Counted from the first letter of the stretch, positions 10,141 to 20,300 are shown. The stretch: 64,000 nt of DNA from an uncultured delta proteobacterium (GCA_963806225.1 CAWDXG010000001.1:352001-416000); one strand, 5' to 3'. Notes: generated by a model not told the origin, from the letters alone. Program-made: numbers and translations.

Positions 10141-11037
10141 TCATCGAGGCCTGCTGTCGGCCAGCATGGTGGTGATGGCCTGGTCGAGGGGGACCTGGCC
10201 GCGCAGGGAGGTGCCGGCCCCCTCGAAGTTGATGGAGCCGTCGTTGAAGCCGCGGAACATCTCGACCCAGGCCTCGATAGTGCGGTCGCTGAACCCGTTC
10301 TGGCGCAGGATCGCCGGCCACTGGCTCTCGGGCACGGCCACAGCGGCGACGGGCCGGCCGAGGACCTTGGCGAACGCCGCCGCCGCGTCGTTCGGCGAGC
10401 TCGCGCGGGGCCCGTCGAGCTCGATGATGTGCGCGGCGTCGGCCGGCTCGAGCAGGGCTTCGGCGGCCACGCGACCGATATCCGCGGCGGACACCATCGG
10501 GATGGCCCGGTCGAGCGGCGCGAGGAAGCTCGGCAGCACGCCGTCCTTGGCCGCCACCGCAGCCACCGCGCCCCAGTTCTGCATGAAATAGCCGGGGCGC
10601 ACGAAGGTCACCGAGGCATCGAGGTCGCCCAGGCGCTCCTCGAACGCGTGGTTGGTCAGGATGTTGCCCGTGCCGTCGGGCAGGTGCGCTCCGAGCGACG
10701 ACAGGACGACCAGCCGTCCGAGGCCGCTCGACCGCACCGCGCGGGCGATGGCGTCGGCCAGCGCGTCCGCCGTCGCGAACAGGTCGGGCGCCGTGTAGGC
10801 GGGGGGATTGAGAACGTAGGCTCCGCGGGCGCCTTCGAAGGCCTTCGCCAGTGCGTCGGCGTCGCCCAGGTCCGCCTGCGCCAGGTCCACGCCCCGCGCT
10901 TCCCAGGGCTTGGCACGCGCTGGGCTCCGGACCACGGCTCGCACGGACGCGCCACGTTCGAGTAGGGTGCGCGCGACGGCGGACCCGGTGTTTCCGGTGA
11001 TTCCGGCAACGATGTACATGGCGATCTTCCTCTGCAA
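10141..11037 (-). CDS. NmrA-family NAD(P)H-binding protein
   Basis: GITGNTG Rossmann motif, RPGYFMQN, VSAADIG; true start may be the Met at about 11019. Confidence 0.9.
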   Translation of the reverse strand: MQRKIAMYIVAGITGNTGSAVARTLLERGASVRAVVRSPARAKPWEARGVDLAQADLGDADALAKAFEGARGAYVLNPPAYTAPDLFATADALADAIARAVRSSGLGRLVVLSSLGAHLPDGTGNILTNHAFEERLGDLDASVTFVRPGYFMQNWGAVAAVAAKDGVLPSFLAPLDRAIPMVSAADIGRVAAEALLEPADAAHIIELDGPRASSPNDAAAAFAKVLGRPVAAVAVPESQWPAILRQNGFSDRTIEAWVEMFRGFNDGSINFEGAGTSLRGQVPLDQAITTMLADSRPR

Positions 11038-11509
11038 AGTAGACGGCGATCCCCGGCGTCAATCGTCGGCCACCCGCCGCGACATCACCGTCCAGCCCGG
11101 GGCAGCCGGCGTAGATGGTCTTCTCCTGGTACTGCTCGTCGAGCGGCTCCTCCGCGGCGCGCAGCGCCACGTCGCTCTCCCGTATAAGCACGCGCTCGAG
11201 CGCGTGCACGCGTCGCCCGTCATGAGCTGCACCACGCTCTGGCGCAAGATGCGCGAGCCGAGGATCGGGTAGAGCTAGGTTGCTAGCCTGATTGCCGACT
11301 GGGATCATCGCCGCCGGGCGCAAGCGGCGAGAGCGTGCCCGTCGCCTTCGAGACCGCACGCGCATGCGGTCCGATTCGGGCCGCGCACGCCGATCGTTTC
11401 GGTCAAAGCCACACCTGCAGTGCTCCACAGTATCGGCCGTCTGTCTGGCATGGTGCAGATCACGCGTTCAATCCAAGGAGGAAGTCGAGGAGTCGCGTCC
11501 CTGTTCGGA

Positions 11510-11785
11510 AAACTACGGATGCCGGCGGCAGTGACGACCAGAGCGCGCAATTTCATCCTGCCACCGCACTTGCTGCAGAGCTCGACATCGATGAGCGCGG
11601 CCCAGGGGCGATAGCCCGAGCGGTGGGTCGGCGGCTTGTCCTTCGGGGTGCAAGTCGCGCAGCGCTCGCAGTCGCTGTCTCCCTGCGCCGGTGGCGGCAG
11701 CGGCGGCACGATGCGCGCGCGCCACTTGCTCGCTGCCGCGAACACGCCGGCGTATCTCACCGTGTTGAAACGCGGGGGCGGCACT
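11510..11785 (-). mobile_element. IS91-family (Y2 rolling-circle) transposase C-terminal remnant
   Basis: PPPRFNTVRYAGVFAAASKWRARIVP...YRPWAAL..DVELCSKCGGRMKL: RYxG plus the CxxCGGRM tail typical of Y2 transposases; truncated and internally deleted. Confidence 0.8.
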
Positions 11786-12056
11786 GCTCCGACTGCCGGC
11801 CGCCGCGGAACGCGCTGAACTCGCCGCGCAGTACTTCGTCGCTGGCACCTACAACCGCCTCACCAACTGGACCGGCGGAGACTACCTGTTCTGGGGGGAA
11901 TGCGCGCCGCACAGCGCGCGGCTGAGGAAGTTGGGGCGGGTTGTTCGCAGGACAGGGCCGTGAGACGCTAGGCACGACGAGCATAGCGACGAGGATCTCG
12001 GCGCGGTTGGCTCGTGACGAGCGCCAAACCGGTGGGCGTCCTGGTCGAGTGGCGCT

Positions 12057-14016
12057 TCAATGGAACTCGTACGCACCGATGTCCGGCGCGCCCACGCGTG
12101 GATTGCCGTCTCGGTCCAGTGCGATCCCAACGTCCGTTCCCGCGTTGATCGCCGGGGAGCCAGCCTGCAAGTGAAAGTCGTAAGCCGTTGGGTTTACGAA
12201 CATGGGGTCGGCCGTCAAGCTGCCCGTCCCGGCCCCAATAGTGGATTTGGTGTTGTAGAAGATGTTGTACGCGGTGTCGACGTACGCGACGTTCTGGCCG
12301 CCGTACGTCTCCACGCCGGTCCCCTTCTTGCTGGCGGAGTAGAACACGTTGTCCTTGATCGTCGCGTGGGCGTCCTGCCCGTTGTTCTGCACGCTGATCT
12401 GCGCAGTGCCGATGGTGTTGAAGCCGTCGAACACGTTGTGAAAGATCTTCAGCGAGCCCTGAACCCCTTCGGCCAATATGCCGTAGCCGTTCGCTAACCT
12501 GAAGACGTTGTTGTAGATCGACACGTTCCCGAGGGTGGCCGAGCTCACGCGATTCTGGAAGAACATCAGCTCGGAGTGGATGTTGGCGGCTCTCCCGGGG
12601 TTCTCGTAGATCAGGTTGTTGCGGATGATCACGTCGCTGATGTTGGCCGTGTAGCCTGTGCCCACGCTGAAGTCGGGCCCCGTCGTGTGGGAGCCGTCGA
12701 AGAACTCGTTCCCCTCGATCAGGATGTTCTTGGCCGTGAACCCGTTCCCGTACAGGTGAAATGAGAGGCCCCTTCGTCCGCAATCGTGAATCTTGTTGTT
12801 GCGGACGATCATGTTCGTGTAGGCGAGCTCGGTTCCGTAACCAACGTCGCCGATCGAGATGTCCGTGATGCCGTTCACGGCCATGTAGGAGCCCAGGTAC
12901 GAGATCTCGGCGTTCTCGATGGTCAACCCGAACAGCTCGTTCTGGCTGAACTTCGAGTTGTTGTACCCGTACCCCGACCATCGCGTGTAGGAAACGTCGA
13001 TCCCGTCGAAGTGCAGGTGCTGCTTGTTGTTCAGGTCGAACCCGTACTTGTTCTGGGGTACTTCGACGGCGGTGTACCTGGTGCCCGGGTCGCTCGCGCT
13101 GTACACGTAGATGGGTCCCCCGCTCCAGGCCCACTGGTACTCCGCTGTCAGGGCGCTCGTGCCGGCGCTCTTGTAGACGCCCCAGGTGACGGCGCCGGCG
13201 GTGTCGAAGAAGATGTCCGCGACCGCGGGCTGCGTGCTGGGGTCGTTGAAGGTGTTGGTGGACCGCCACACGTGGCTGTTGGCGCTCGTCTCGGTCCAGC
13301 CGGCCACTTGAACCGAGCCGAGTATCTTCGGGTTGTCGGTCCCGTGATTGCCTACGTAGTTGCCGAAGGTGATGTCGTTGCTCGCGTCCCCGGACGTCGG
13401 CACGACCAAGGTCTCGCGCCACGTTCCTCCCCGTTCGAAGAGGATGGCATCGCCGGGCAGCAGTGTCGTGAGCCCGTTGACGTGCGCAATGGTCTTCCAC
13501 GCCGTCGCTGGGGAGGTCCCAGACGCGGAATCGTTGCCGTCATTCGAGACGTAGAAGGCTCGCAAGTAGGTGGGGACGGTGACGGAGGCCACGTAGACCT
13601 TCGAACGTCTTGTGGTCCGCCGCGGTAACCGTGAAGCTGACCGGCGAGGTGAAATCGATCTGGCTACCGGAGGCGGGCTTCACGGTGGCGCCGGGAGAGG
13701 TGACGATGGTCGGGGTCAGCGCCTTCAGTTGCTTGCCGGCGGGGAGTACCAGCGTGATGTTGGTGCCCGTGATCGTCGCCGCGGAGCCGTTGATCGTGAA
13801 GCTCACGATGTCGGCCGCCGAGTCCGGGCTTCCGTCCGCGGGGCCTGCATCCGCGGGGCCTGCATCCGCGGGGCCTGCATCCGCGGGGCCTGCATCCGCG
13901 GGGTTGCTGGACGAGCCCGCGCCGCTGCAGCTGGGGAGAACACCCAGCCCGAGGATACCCATGCAGACGGACAGCAGCATCGCGGCGAATCGTCTTTGCG
14001 GACAGCGGGAGATCAT
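12057..14016 (-). CDS. Lipoprotein with Ig-like (DUF5018-like) domain and right-handed parallel beta-helix (pectin-lyase-like) domain; frameshift at about 13604
   Basis: Lipobox LPSC and PADAG repeats, then YVSNDGNDSASGTSPATAWKTI, beta-helix repeats and the DFHLQAGSPAINAG...PDIGAYE tail. Removing one base joins ADHKT-SKVYVASVTV. Confidence 0.8.
13835..13903. repeat. 15-bp coding tandem repeat, 4 copies (PADAG linker)
   Basis: GGGCCTGCATCCGCG at 13841, 13856, 13871 and 13886. Confidence 0.95.
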
Positions 14017-14645
14017 GAACGGCCTCGTCATGGAGTGGGATGCGGAGTGCGACGCTTCGCGTGAACCCCGCGAGCACGGGCGATCGTGCCGGCGTTTCGC
14101 GTGCGGGGCAACGATGGAGTCGAGCGGCCGAGCCCCCGCCCGGAAACCGCCAGGTGGCGCGAGTGCGGCCCCGGCATCTGCCGCAAGGGCTCCGGCCACC
14201 GCGTGGCCAAAATATCGCCGCGCGTGCGGAGTTCACTCATGCTGGCGTTGCACACGATGCGGTTCGGCTTGATCGCGGGCTCTGTCGCAGCGTGCCGCGT
14301 GTGCGCGACCAGCGGCATAGTCCAGATCAACCAGAAGGTTCAGAACCTCGCCGTGAAGGTGGGGGAGCAGTACGAGTTCGTCGCGTGCGTCCGTGATGCC
14401 CCCGACGCGGGCAGCATCGGCACAGCGACGGCGGGCCTGGGCGCCGGCGGGGTGGGCATCTCCAGCTTGTCGGTGCCGCTCTCCTCGACCTATCAACCCG
14501 TGCGGGTGCGCTGGACGACGACCGCCTCCGAGACGCTCAGTGTCAGCGTCGAGACTCCGGACCACAAGGACAATGATGGGGTGGTACTTCCTTCTATGGG
14601 GGGCCAAGCCCACGCGCATCGCACAAAGGCGTATCATCGGTACCC

Positions 14646-15005
14646 ATGTCGGACGGACGGTTCGCGACGGCCCTGTGTATCCTTTCGCTGGCGGTAACGG
14701 CGGCGGGTTGTGGAGACGGGCCCGCGCCGTCGTCGGTGAAGCTGCCCGTGTCGTTCCCTCCGGGGTTCCGGCTGGGGTTCGCCACGATCGCGTATCAATC
14801 CGAGGGCGACATCAAGGGCGACGGCAGCCGCGTCGACAGCAACTGGAGCGAGTGGGAGGACCTGGGGAAGATCGCCGAAGGACAGCACAACCTGCGCGGC
14901 AACGGTTTCTTCGACCACTACGATGTCGACCTGGATCTGGCGGCGGGCATCGGCGCGAACGCGTTCAGCTACTCGCTCGACTGGGCTCGCATCGAGCCCC
15001 AGGAA
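14646..15005 (+). pseudogene. Glycoside hydrolase family 1 lipoprotein, N-terminal fragment
   Basis: Lipobox AAGC; FPPGFRLGFATIAYQSEG ... YSLDWARIEP is the GH1 N-terminal signature; the gene breaks off after IEPQ. Confidence 0.8.
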
Positions 15006-15393
15006 GACCGCGGCCGGAACGACGTGCCGCTCCAGCCAGTCCCGGAGCTGGTCGCGGGGAGAGGTTGCCTGATGCAACAGCCAGAATCGTTTGTTCCTGG
15101 ATGTCAACGTCGGCCGCGATCCTGAATCCGTTGAGCAGGAGGAACACTGCCATCGCGGCATGTCCAATCCTCTTGTTTCCGTCGACGAAAGGATGTCCCT
15201 GGATCAGATCGAAGCCGAGCGCAGCGGCCTCGTCGACAAGCTCTGGATACAGCTCGGCACCATCAAACGTGACCAGAGGCTGGGCCAGGGCGGCCTCGAT
15301 GCGAGCCAGGTCCCGCACGCCCGACGCGCCGCCGGAGACTGCGATGAGGTCGGCATGCAGTCGCAGGACCTCCGCCAGCGTGAGAAACCTCAC
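14965..15393 (-). CDS. doc: Fic/Doc (death-on-curing) family toxin; C-terminal frameshift at about 15057
   Basis: HPFVDGNKR Fic motif and MRFLTLAEVLRLH start; the native tail RDQLRDWLERHVV lies in a shifted frame after a C4 run. Confidence 0.85.
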   Translation of the reverse strand: MRFLTLAEVLRLHADLIAVSGGASGVRDLARIEAALAQPLVTFDGAELYPELVDEAAALGFDLIQGHPFVDGNKRIGHAAMAVFLLLNGFRIAADVDIQEQTILAVASGNLSPRPAPGLAGAARRSGRGLPGARCEPSRASS

Positions 15394-15575
15394 TTGGCGA
15401 GTCGCTGGTAGAGCTCGGCATTCTCCGAAAGAACGTGCTGGGCGGCTCGGGCGAAGTCCTCGGCAGGTCTCCCCGTAAGGTCGGCTACCGCAGCGGAAGC
15501 AAGCTGCTCGGGGGTCACTCCGAGCGACTTGGCGCGCTTCCGCAGGGCCTCGAGCTCAAGGGCAAGGACCTCGAT
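15390..15575 (-). pseudogene. Putative antitoxin partner of Doc, 5'-truncated
   Basis: Manual translation ELEALRKRAKSLGVTPEQLASAAVADL...DFARAAQHVLSENAELYQRLAK*; GTGA overlap with doc; in-frame TAG upstream and no start codon at its 5' end. Confidence 0.7.
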
Positions 15576-15644
15576 CTACTGTTCGGGACGAAAGGCCACG
15601 ACCTGGTCGTGGTGCACAAGGATGATCTGGTGATCGTGGGGTAG
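15552..15644 (+). pseudogene. C-terminal remnant resembling glutamate 5-kinase (ProB) tail
   Basis: ...VVVHKDDLVIVG* resembles the ProB terminal VHRDDLV motif; short, so weak support. Confidence 0.35.
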
Positions 15645-15702
15645 GCCGGGCTGGTCCACGCCCCGGCGATTGGCTAAGGTCCGCCGCGCCCAGGAGGTCA
15701 GC

Positions 15703-17403
15703 ATGCCCCAGCCATTGATCGAGTGCGTTCCGAACTTCAGCGAAGGCAAAAACATGACGGTGATCCGGCAGATCACCGACGAGATCGAGAGCGTCGAGGG
15801 CGTCAAGCTGCTCGACGTCGATCCGGGCAAGGCCACCAACCGCACCGTGGTCACCTTCGTCGGTGCCCCGGAGCCGGTGATCGAGGCCGCCTTCAAGGCC
15901 GCCGCCAAGGCCGCCGAGCTGATCGACATGTCGAAGCACAAGGGCGAGCACCCGCGCTTCGGCGCCACCGACGTCTGCCCGCTGGTTCCGGTGGCAGACA
16001 TCACCATGGAAGAGACGGCAGCGCACGCGCGCGAGCTCGGCCGCCGCATCGGCGAGCTGGGCATCCCGGTGTACTGCTACGAGAACGCCGCCTCGAGCGA
16101 AGAGCGCAAGAACCTCGCCACTGTGCGTGCCGGCGAGTACGAGGGGCTGCAGAGCAAGCTCGCCGATCCGGAATGGAAGCCCGATTTCGGCCCCAGCGAA
16201 CTCAACCCCAGCGCCGGCGCTACCGCCGTGGGGGCGCGTGACTTCCTGGTCGCGTACAACGTCAACCTCAACACGACCTCGACCCGCCGCGCCAACGCCG
16301 TGGCCTTCGATGTGCGCGAGCGCGGCCGCGAGAAGCGCGAGGGCGGCAAGCTGACGGGCAAGGTCGTCCGCGACGACAAGGGCAACCCGGTCATGGTCCC
16401 CGGCACGCTGCGCTGCGCAAAGGCGATCGGCTGGTTCATCGAGGAGTATGGCATCGCGCAGATCTCCATGAACCTGACCAACATCTCGGTTACCCCGGTC
16501 CACGTCGCGTTCGACGAGGTGTGCGAAAAGGCCACCGCCCGTGGCCTGCGCGTGACCGGCTCCGAGCTGGTGGGTCTCATCCCGCTCGGCGCCATGCTGG
16601 AGGCGGGGCGCTACTTCCTGCGCAAGCAGCAGCGCTCGGTGGGCGTCGCCGACCGCGAGCTGATCAAGATCGCCGTGAAGTCGATGGGCCTCGACGAGCT
16701 GAAGCCGTTCCGCCCGGAAGAAAAGATCATCGAGTACGTCATGGCCAAGGACGCCCCGCCCGGGCTGGTCGATCTGACCGTGCAGGGTTTCGTCGAGGAG
16801 ACGGCTTCCGAGTCGGTCGCTCCGGGCGGCGGCTCGGTGGCTGCTGCCATGGGCGCGATGGGCGCGGCGCTCGGCACCATGGTCGCCAACCTGTCGTCGC
16901 ACAAGCGCGGCTGGGACGATCGCTGGGAGGAGATGTCCGACTGGGCCGACAAGGGCAAGCAGCTGCACGACCAGCTCTTGCGCCTGATCGACGAGGACAC
17001 CGCGGCCTTCAACCGGGTGATGGCGGCTTTCCGCCTGCCCCAGGAGACCGCGGCGGACAAGCAGGCCCGCGAGCAGGCCATACAGGACGCCACGGTCGCG
17101 GCCATCGAGGTGCCCTTCCGGGTGATGCAGCTCGCGCGTGCGTCGCTCGACGTGGCCAAGGCCATGGCCGGGATCGGCAACCCGGCGTCCATCTCCGACG
17201 CCGGCGTGGGCGCACTCGCCGCGCGCGCTGCGGTCCACGGCGCCTTCCTCAACGTCCAGATCAACTGCCCCGGCCTGACCGACAAGGCGCGCGTGGCCGA
17301 CTTCATCGCCCGCGGCAAGGCCATCGAGCAGGAGGCCGTCGCCCTCGAGCAGGAGATCCTGGCGAAGGTGCGCGAAAAGCTGGAAGCGGATCTGGCGAAG
17401 TAG
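15703..17403 (+). CDS. ftcD: Bifunctional glutamate formimidoyltransferase / formimidoyltetrahydrofolate cyclodeaminase
   Basis: LIECVPNFSEG, HPRFGATDVCP and APGGGSV cyclodeaminase motif; AGGAGG RBS. Confidence 0.93.
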   Translation: MPQPLIECVPNFSEGKNMTVIRQITDEIESVEGVKLLDVDPGKATNRTVVTFVGAPEPVIEAAFKAAAKAAELIDMSKHKGEHPRFGATDVCPLVPVADITMEETAAHARELGRRIGELGIPVYCYENAASSEERKNLATVRAGEYEGLQSKLADPEWKPDFGPSELNPSAGATAVGARDFLVAYNVNLNTTSTRRANAVAFDVRERGREKREGGKLTGKVVRDDKGNPVMVPGTLRCAKAIGWFIEEYGIAQISMNLTNISVTPVHVAFDEVCEKATARGLRVTGSELVGLIPLGAMLEAGRYFLRKQQRSVGVADRELIKIAVKSMGLDELKPFRPEEKIIEYVMAKDAPPGLVDLTVQGFVEETASESVAPGGGSVAAAMGAMGAALGTMVANLSSHKRGWDDRWEEMSDWADKGKQLHDQLLRLIDEDTAAFNRVMAAFRLPQETAADKQAREQAIQDATVAAIEVPFRVMQLARASLDVAKAMAGIGNPASISDAGVGALAARAAVHGAFLNVQINCPGLTDKARVADFIARGKAIEQEAVALEQEILAKVREKLEADLAK

Positions 17404-17459
17404 CGGCGGGCCGAACCGCGTGTTCGAGCACGAACGAAGTGCGGCGCATTCCTCAAGCG

Positions 17460-17794
17460 GTCCCGGGCATTCGCCCGGCCGGGCGATCCCCTATCGATTG
17501 CTGGACGGCACGCTGGTCGCCAAGAACTGGGCCGACCTCACGGACGGTACGCTCACCCACGCGGTCGCCATGAGCGAACAGGGCAACACGCTGGCCAACG
17601 GCGAGGTGTGGACGAACACCTCCCCCAGCGGCGCGGCGGCCACGCCCAACGGTTGCAGCGGCTTCACCAGCAACGCCGCCAGCGCATCGATCGCCCAGGT
17701 CGGCGTGCTGAACGCCGCGAGCAGCAAGTGGACGCACGTCTACTTGCAGTACTGCAACCGCACCAACGTGCGCCTGTACTGCTTCCAGCAATAG
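17460..17794 (+). pseudogene. DUF1554-like domain C-terminal fragment
   Basis: YRLLDGTLVAKNWADLTDG...VWTNT...C...RLYCFQQ; N-terminus missing. Confidence 0.6.
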
Positions 17795-17881
17795 GCCCCG
17801 CGCGAGACACCGGGCTCGCGGTCGTCGAGCGATGCTTTGACGACCGCGAGCGGCGGTGCGCGCCGGCCGCTACGCGCCGCG

Positions 17882-18133
17882 CTAGAGCTTCTTGATCACC
17901 GCTGCAGCGAGCTTCTTGGCGTCGGCGAGATCGGCGGCGCGGCTTCGCTCGTCCGCACCACGCTCGGCGGGGCCGGCGCCCTTCTTCGCCGGCGCCGCCG
18001 CTTTTCTTGCGGCGGACACCGCGGCGGCGGCGGAGCCGGACTTGGTGCTGTGGTGCTTGCATGCCGCAAGCTGGAAAGCGGCAAGTAGCGCAAGGAACGG
18101 AGACAAACGAGAAACACGCATGACAGCTTCCAC
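17882..18133 (-). pseudogene. Short lipoprotein-like ORF or fragment
   Basis: Lipobox LAAC followed by a short Ala/Lys-rich stretch. Confidence 0.35.
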
Positions 18134-18389
18134 CCCTACGGGTACCTGCTGCGGGTCCTCACCGGATCGGGGACCGCCACGCTGCGCCGCCTCGACGGTG
18201 ACGGGGTGTGGCAGCAGCCGGCGGTGCCGGCGCCACCGGAGCTGGCCTACGCCAGCGCGGGCGCTCGCACGGCGGACGGCTTCGTGTGGCTTGCGAAGGC
18301 GAAGCAGGGCGATATCCAGGTCGTCCGGACCGACGCGAGCTTTGCCGTGACCGGGACCGACACGATTCCGGGCGACCTGGTGGAGGGCG

Positions 18390-18450
18390 CGTGCGCTTCA
18401 AGAGCGCGGCCCAGGGGCGATAGCCCGGGCGGTGCGTGGACGGCGCCACG
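18390..18450 (-). mobile_element. Second IS91-like transposase remnant
   Basis: THRPGYRPWAALLKRT; DNA CCAGGGGCGATAGCCCG is shared with the remnant near 11600. Confidence 0.7.
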
Positions 18451-18503
18451 CTCTGCCGGTGGCGACCGCCAGCAAAGGCGCACAGCTGTGTGGGGCCCCC
18501 GGC

Positions 18504-18632
18504 CGGGCGAAGCCCGGGCTTGGCGGGCCCGCGGCGCGCGACCAGCGCGCCGCACCGCGAAACGGCGCCGAGCGTGCGGGGCAAGCGCGGCTCGCACCCC
18601 TGCGGAGATGCGCGCGTATCCGCAGTCATGAA
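18504..18632 (-). repeat. Degenerate non-coding element, copy 3 (inverted relative to copy 1)
   Basis: On the minus strand: TTCA..GCGGATACGC (18614-18623), CCGCGCTTG (18582-18590), CCAAGCCCGGGCTT (18510-18523), CGCCCG. Confidence 0.6.
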
Positions 18633-18682
18633 TTGGTCAGGTAGTCGTTGACCTTCATTGCCGGCTTCTCCACCATGCTTCC

Positions 18683-20297
18683 ATGGCGAAGCAGAAGGTG
18701 GTGATCCTGGGAGGTGGGCTGTCGGCGCTGTCGGCGGGGGTCCACTTGTTGCAGGAAGGCGGCGGTGACCATTTCGAGGTGACGATCCTGTGCATGGAGC
18801 ACCGGCTCGGCGGCAAAGCGTCGAGTTGGCGGCTGCCGGATGGTCGCTATATGGAAATCGGCTTCCACGGCGTGTTCGGCTACTACAACGCGCTGCAGAA
18901 GCTGCTGGCCCGCGCCGGGCACCCGGTCACCGACCCTCGCTGGTTCTCCAACAACGACGGCGTGCATCTGATGTACGAAGCGGGCGCCCGCGCGGTGAAC
19001 CGACTGGACATCCCGGAGGGGCCGCTCGACGTGGGCGCGCTCTTCCACAACGGCTTCGTCGGCTACCAGGGCATGAGCTTCAAGGAGAAGCTCGAGGCGG
19101 GCAGGTGGTTCGCTACCACGGGTGTCCGGCTTCTGACGCAGAAGTTCGAACCGGAGCTCGACGAGCACTCGTTCACCGCCTACGCGGTCGCGACGGGGCT
19201 CGATATCGAGCTGACGAAGAAGAGCTGGTTCCGCTATGTGCTGGAGCTCGCGTTCAACTATCCCGCCCCCGGCTCGGCCTACGTCGGGATGATCGGCTTT
19301 TCGCACCTGATGAGCCCCGCCAACAGCACCGTCTACTACCTCAACGGCGGGCTCAGCGAGGTCATCGTGGCGCCCATTGCCCAGCTCTTCGTCTCGCTCG
19401 GTGGCAAGGTCGAGTTCTGCACCAAGGTGACGCGCGTGGAGCTCGATCCGGGCACGCACCGCATCGAGAAGGTCGTCATGCAGCCGACGGCGACGCCCGT
19501 GCCCATCGCCGGCGTGGTGGATCACGTCGACGTGACCCCGATCGGCGGCAGCTACTCGCTGAAGGACGCCCCGTATCCCGTAGGCGACCCCGCGCCGGCG
19601 GCGGGAGCGCCGGAGCGCGTGCTCCAGCACGGCACGGATTTCGACCACGTGGTGTGGACCCTGCCGGTGCGCTCCAGCCGTGCGCTGCTTCGCACGACTC
19701 CCGATTTCGAGCGTGCCGTACTGGACGAGCCCCAGCTCCGGCGCATGTGGGCGCTCCGCAGCGTGGCGTCGATTCTCGCTCCGGATGTGGCTGCCCGAGA
19801 AGGTGATGCCCTCGGATTTCACCACGGTGGTGATGGGCACGCCCGAGCCGGCACCGACGATTATCGACTACACCAACCGCGTGAGCGAGCTGGAGGCCAG
19901 TACCTGGGGCTCGGTGATCGAGTTCGAGGGAGAAGAAGGCCTGCACGGCGATCTCACCGACACCGAGATCGTTCGCGAGCTGCTTTCCGGCTTCGTGGAG
20001 CTGCCCTTCGTCGAGAAATCGAAGGTCGACATCGACGCCGTGGTCAACCAGACGGGCGGCTGCCATCACGAGTTCCGCCGCAACACCGCCAACCATCTGC
20101 GCTATCTGCTGATGGAACCCGGCCACTGGAAGTTCCGCCCCGAGCAGGACAGGAGCCCCTACGAAAACCTCGTCTTCGCCGGCGACTGGATGGCGGGCAC
20201 CCAGCCGACGGCCAGCATGGAGGCTGCCGTGCGCACCGGCCGCGTGGCGGCGGATTTGCTGAGGCCGAGGGTAGGGTTGCCTACGGCTGACGAGTAG
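18683..20297 (+). CDS. FAD-dependent oxidoreductase (carotenoid desaturase/HpnE-like amine oxidase family); frameshift at about 19773
   Basis: GGGLSALSA, LGGKASSW, EIGFHGVFGYY; the C-terminal NLVFAGDW...ASMEAAVRTG lies in the shifted frame. Confidence 0.85.
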
Positions 20298-20300
20298 TGC

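Noticed and set aside
9680..11428. 582-aa ORF as a single gene
   Set aside because: Mostly an alternative frame over NmrA; only the last about 130 codons look like a real EEP fragment
6410..18680. Integron cassette array or prophage
   Set aside because: No integrase, no recognisable attC sites and no phage genes; the pieces are truncated and in mixed orientation
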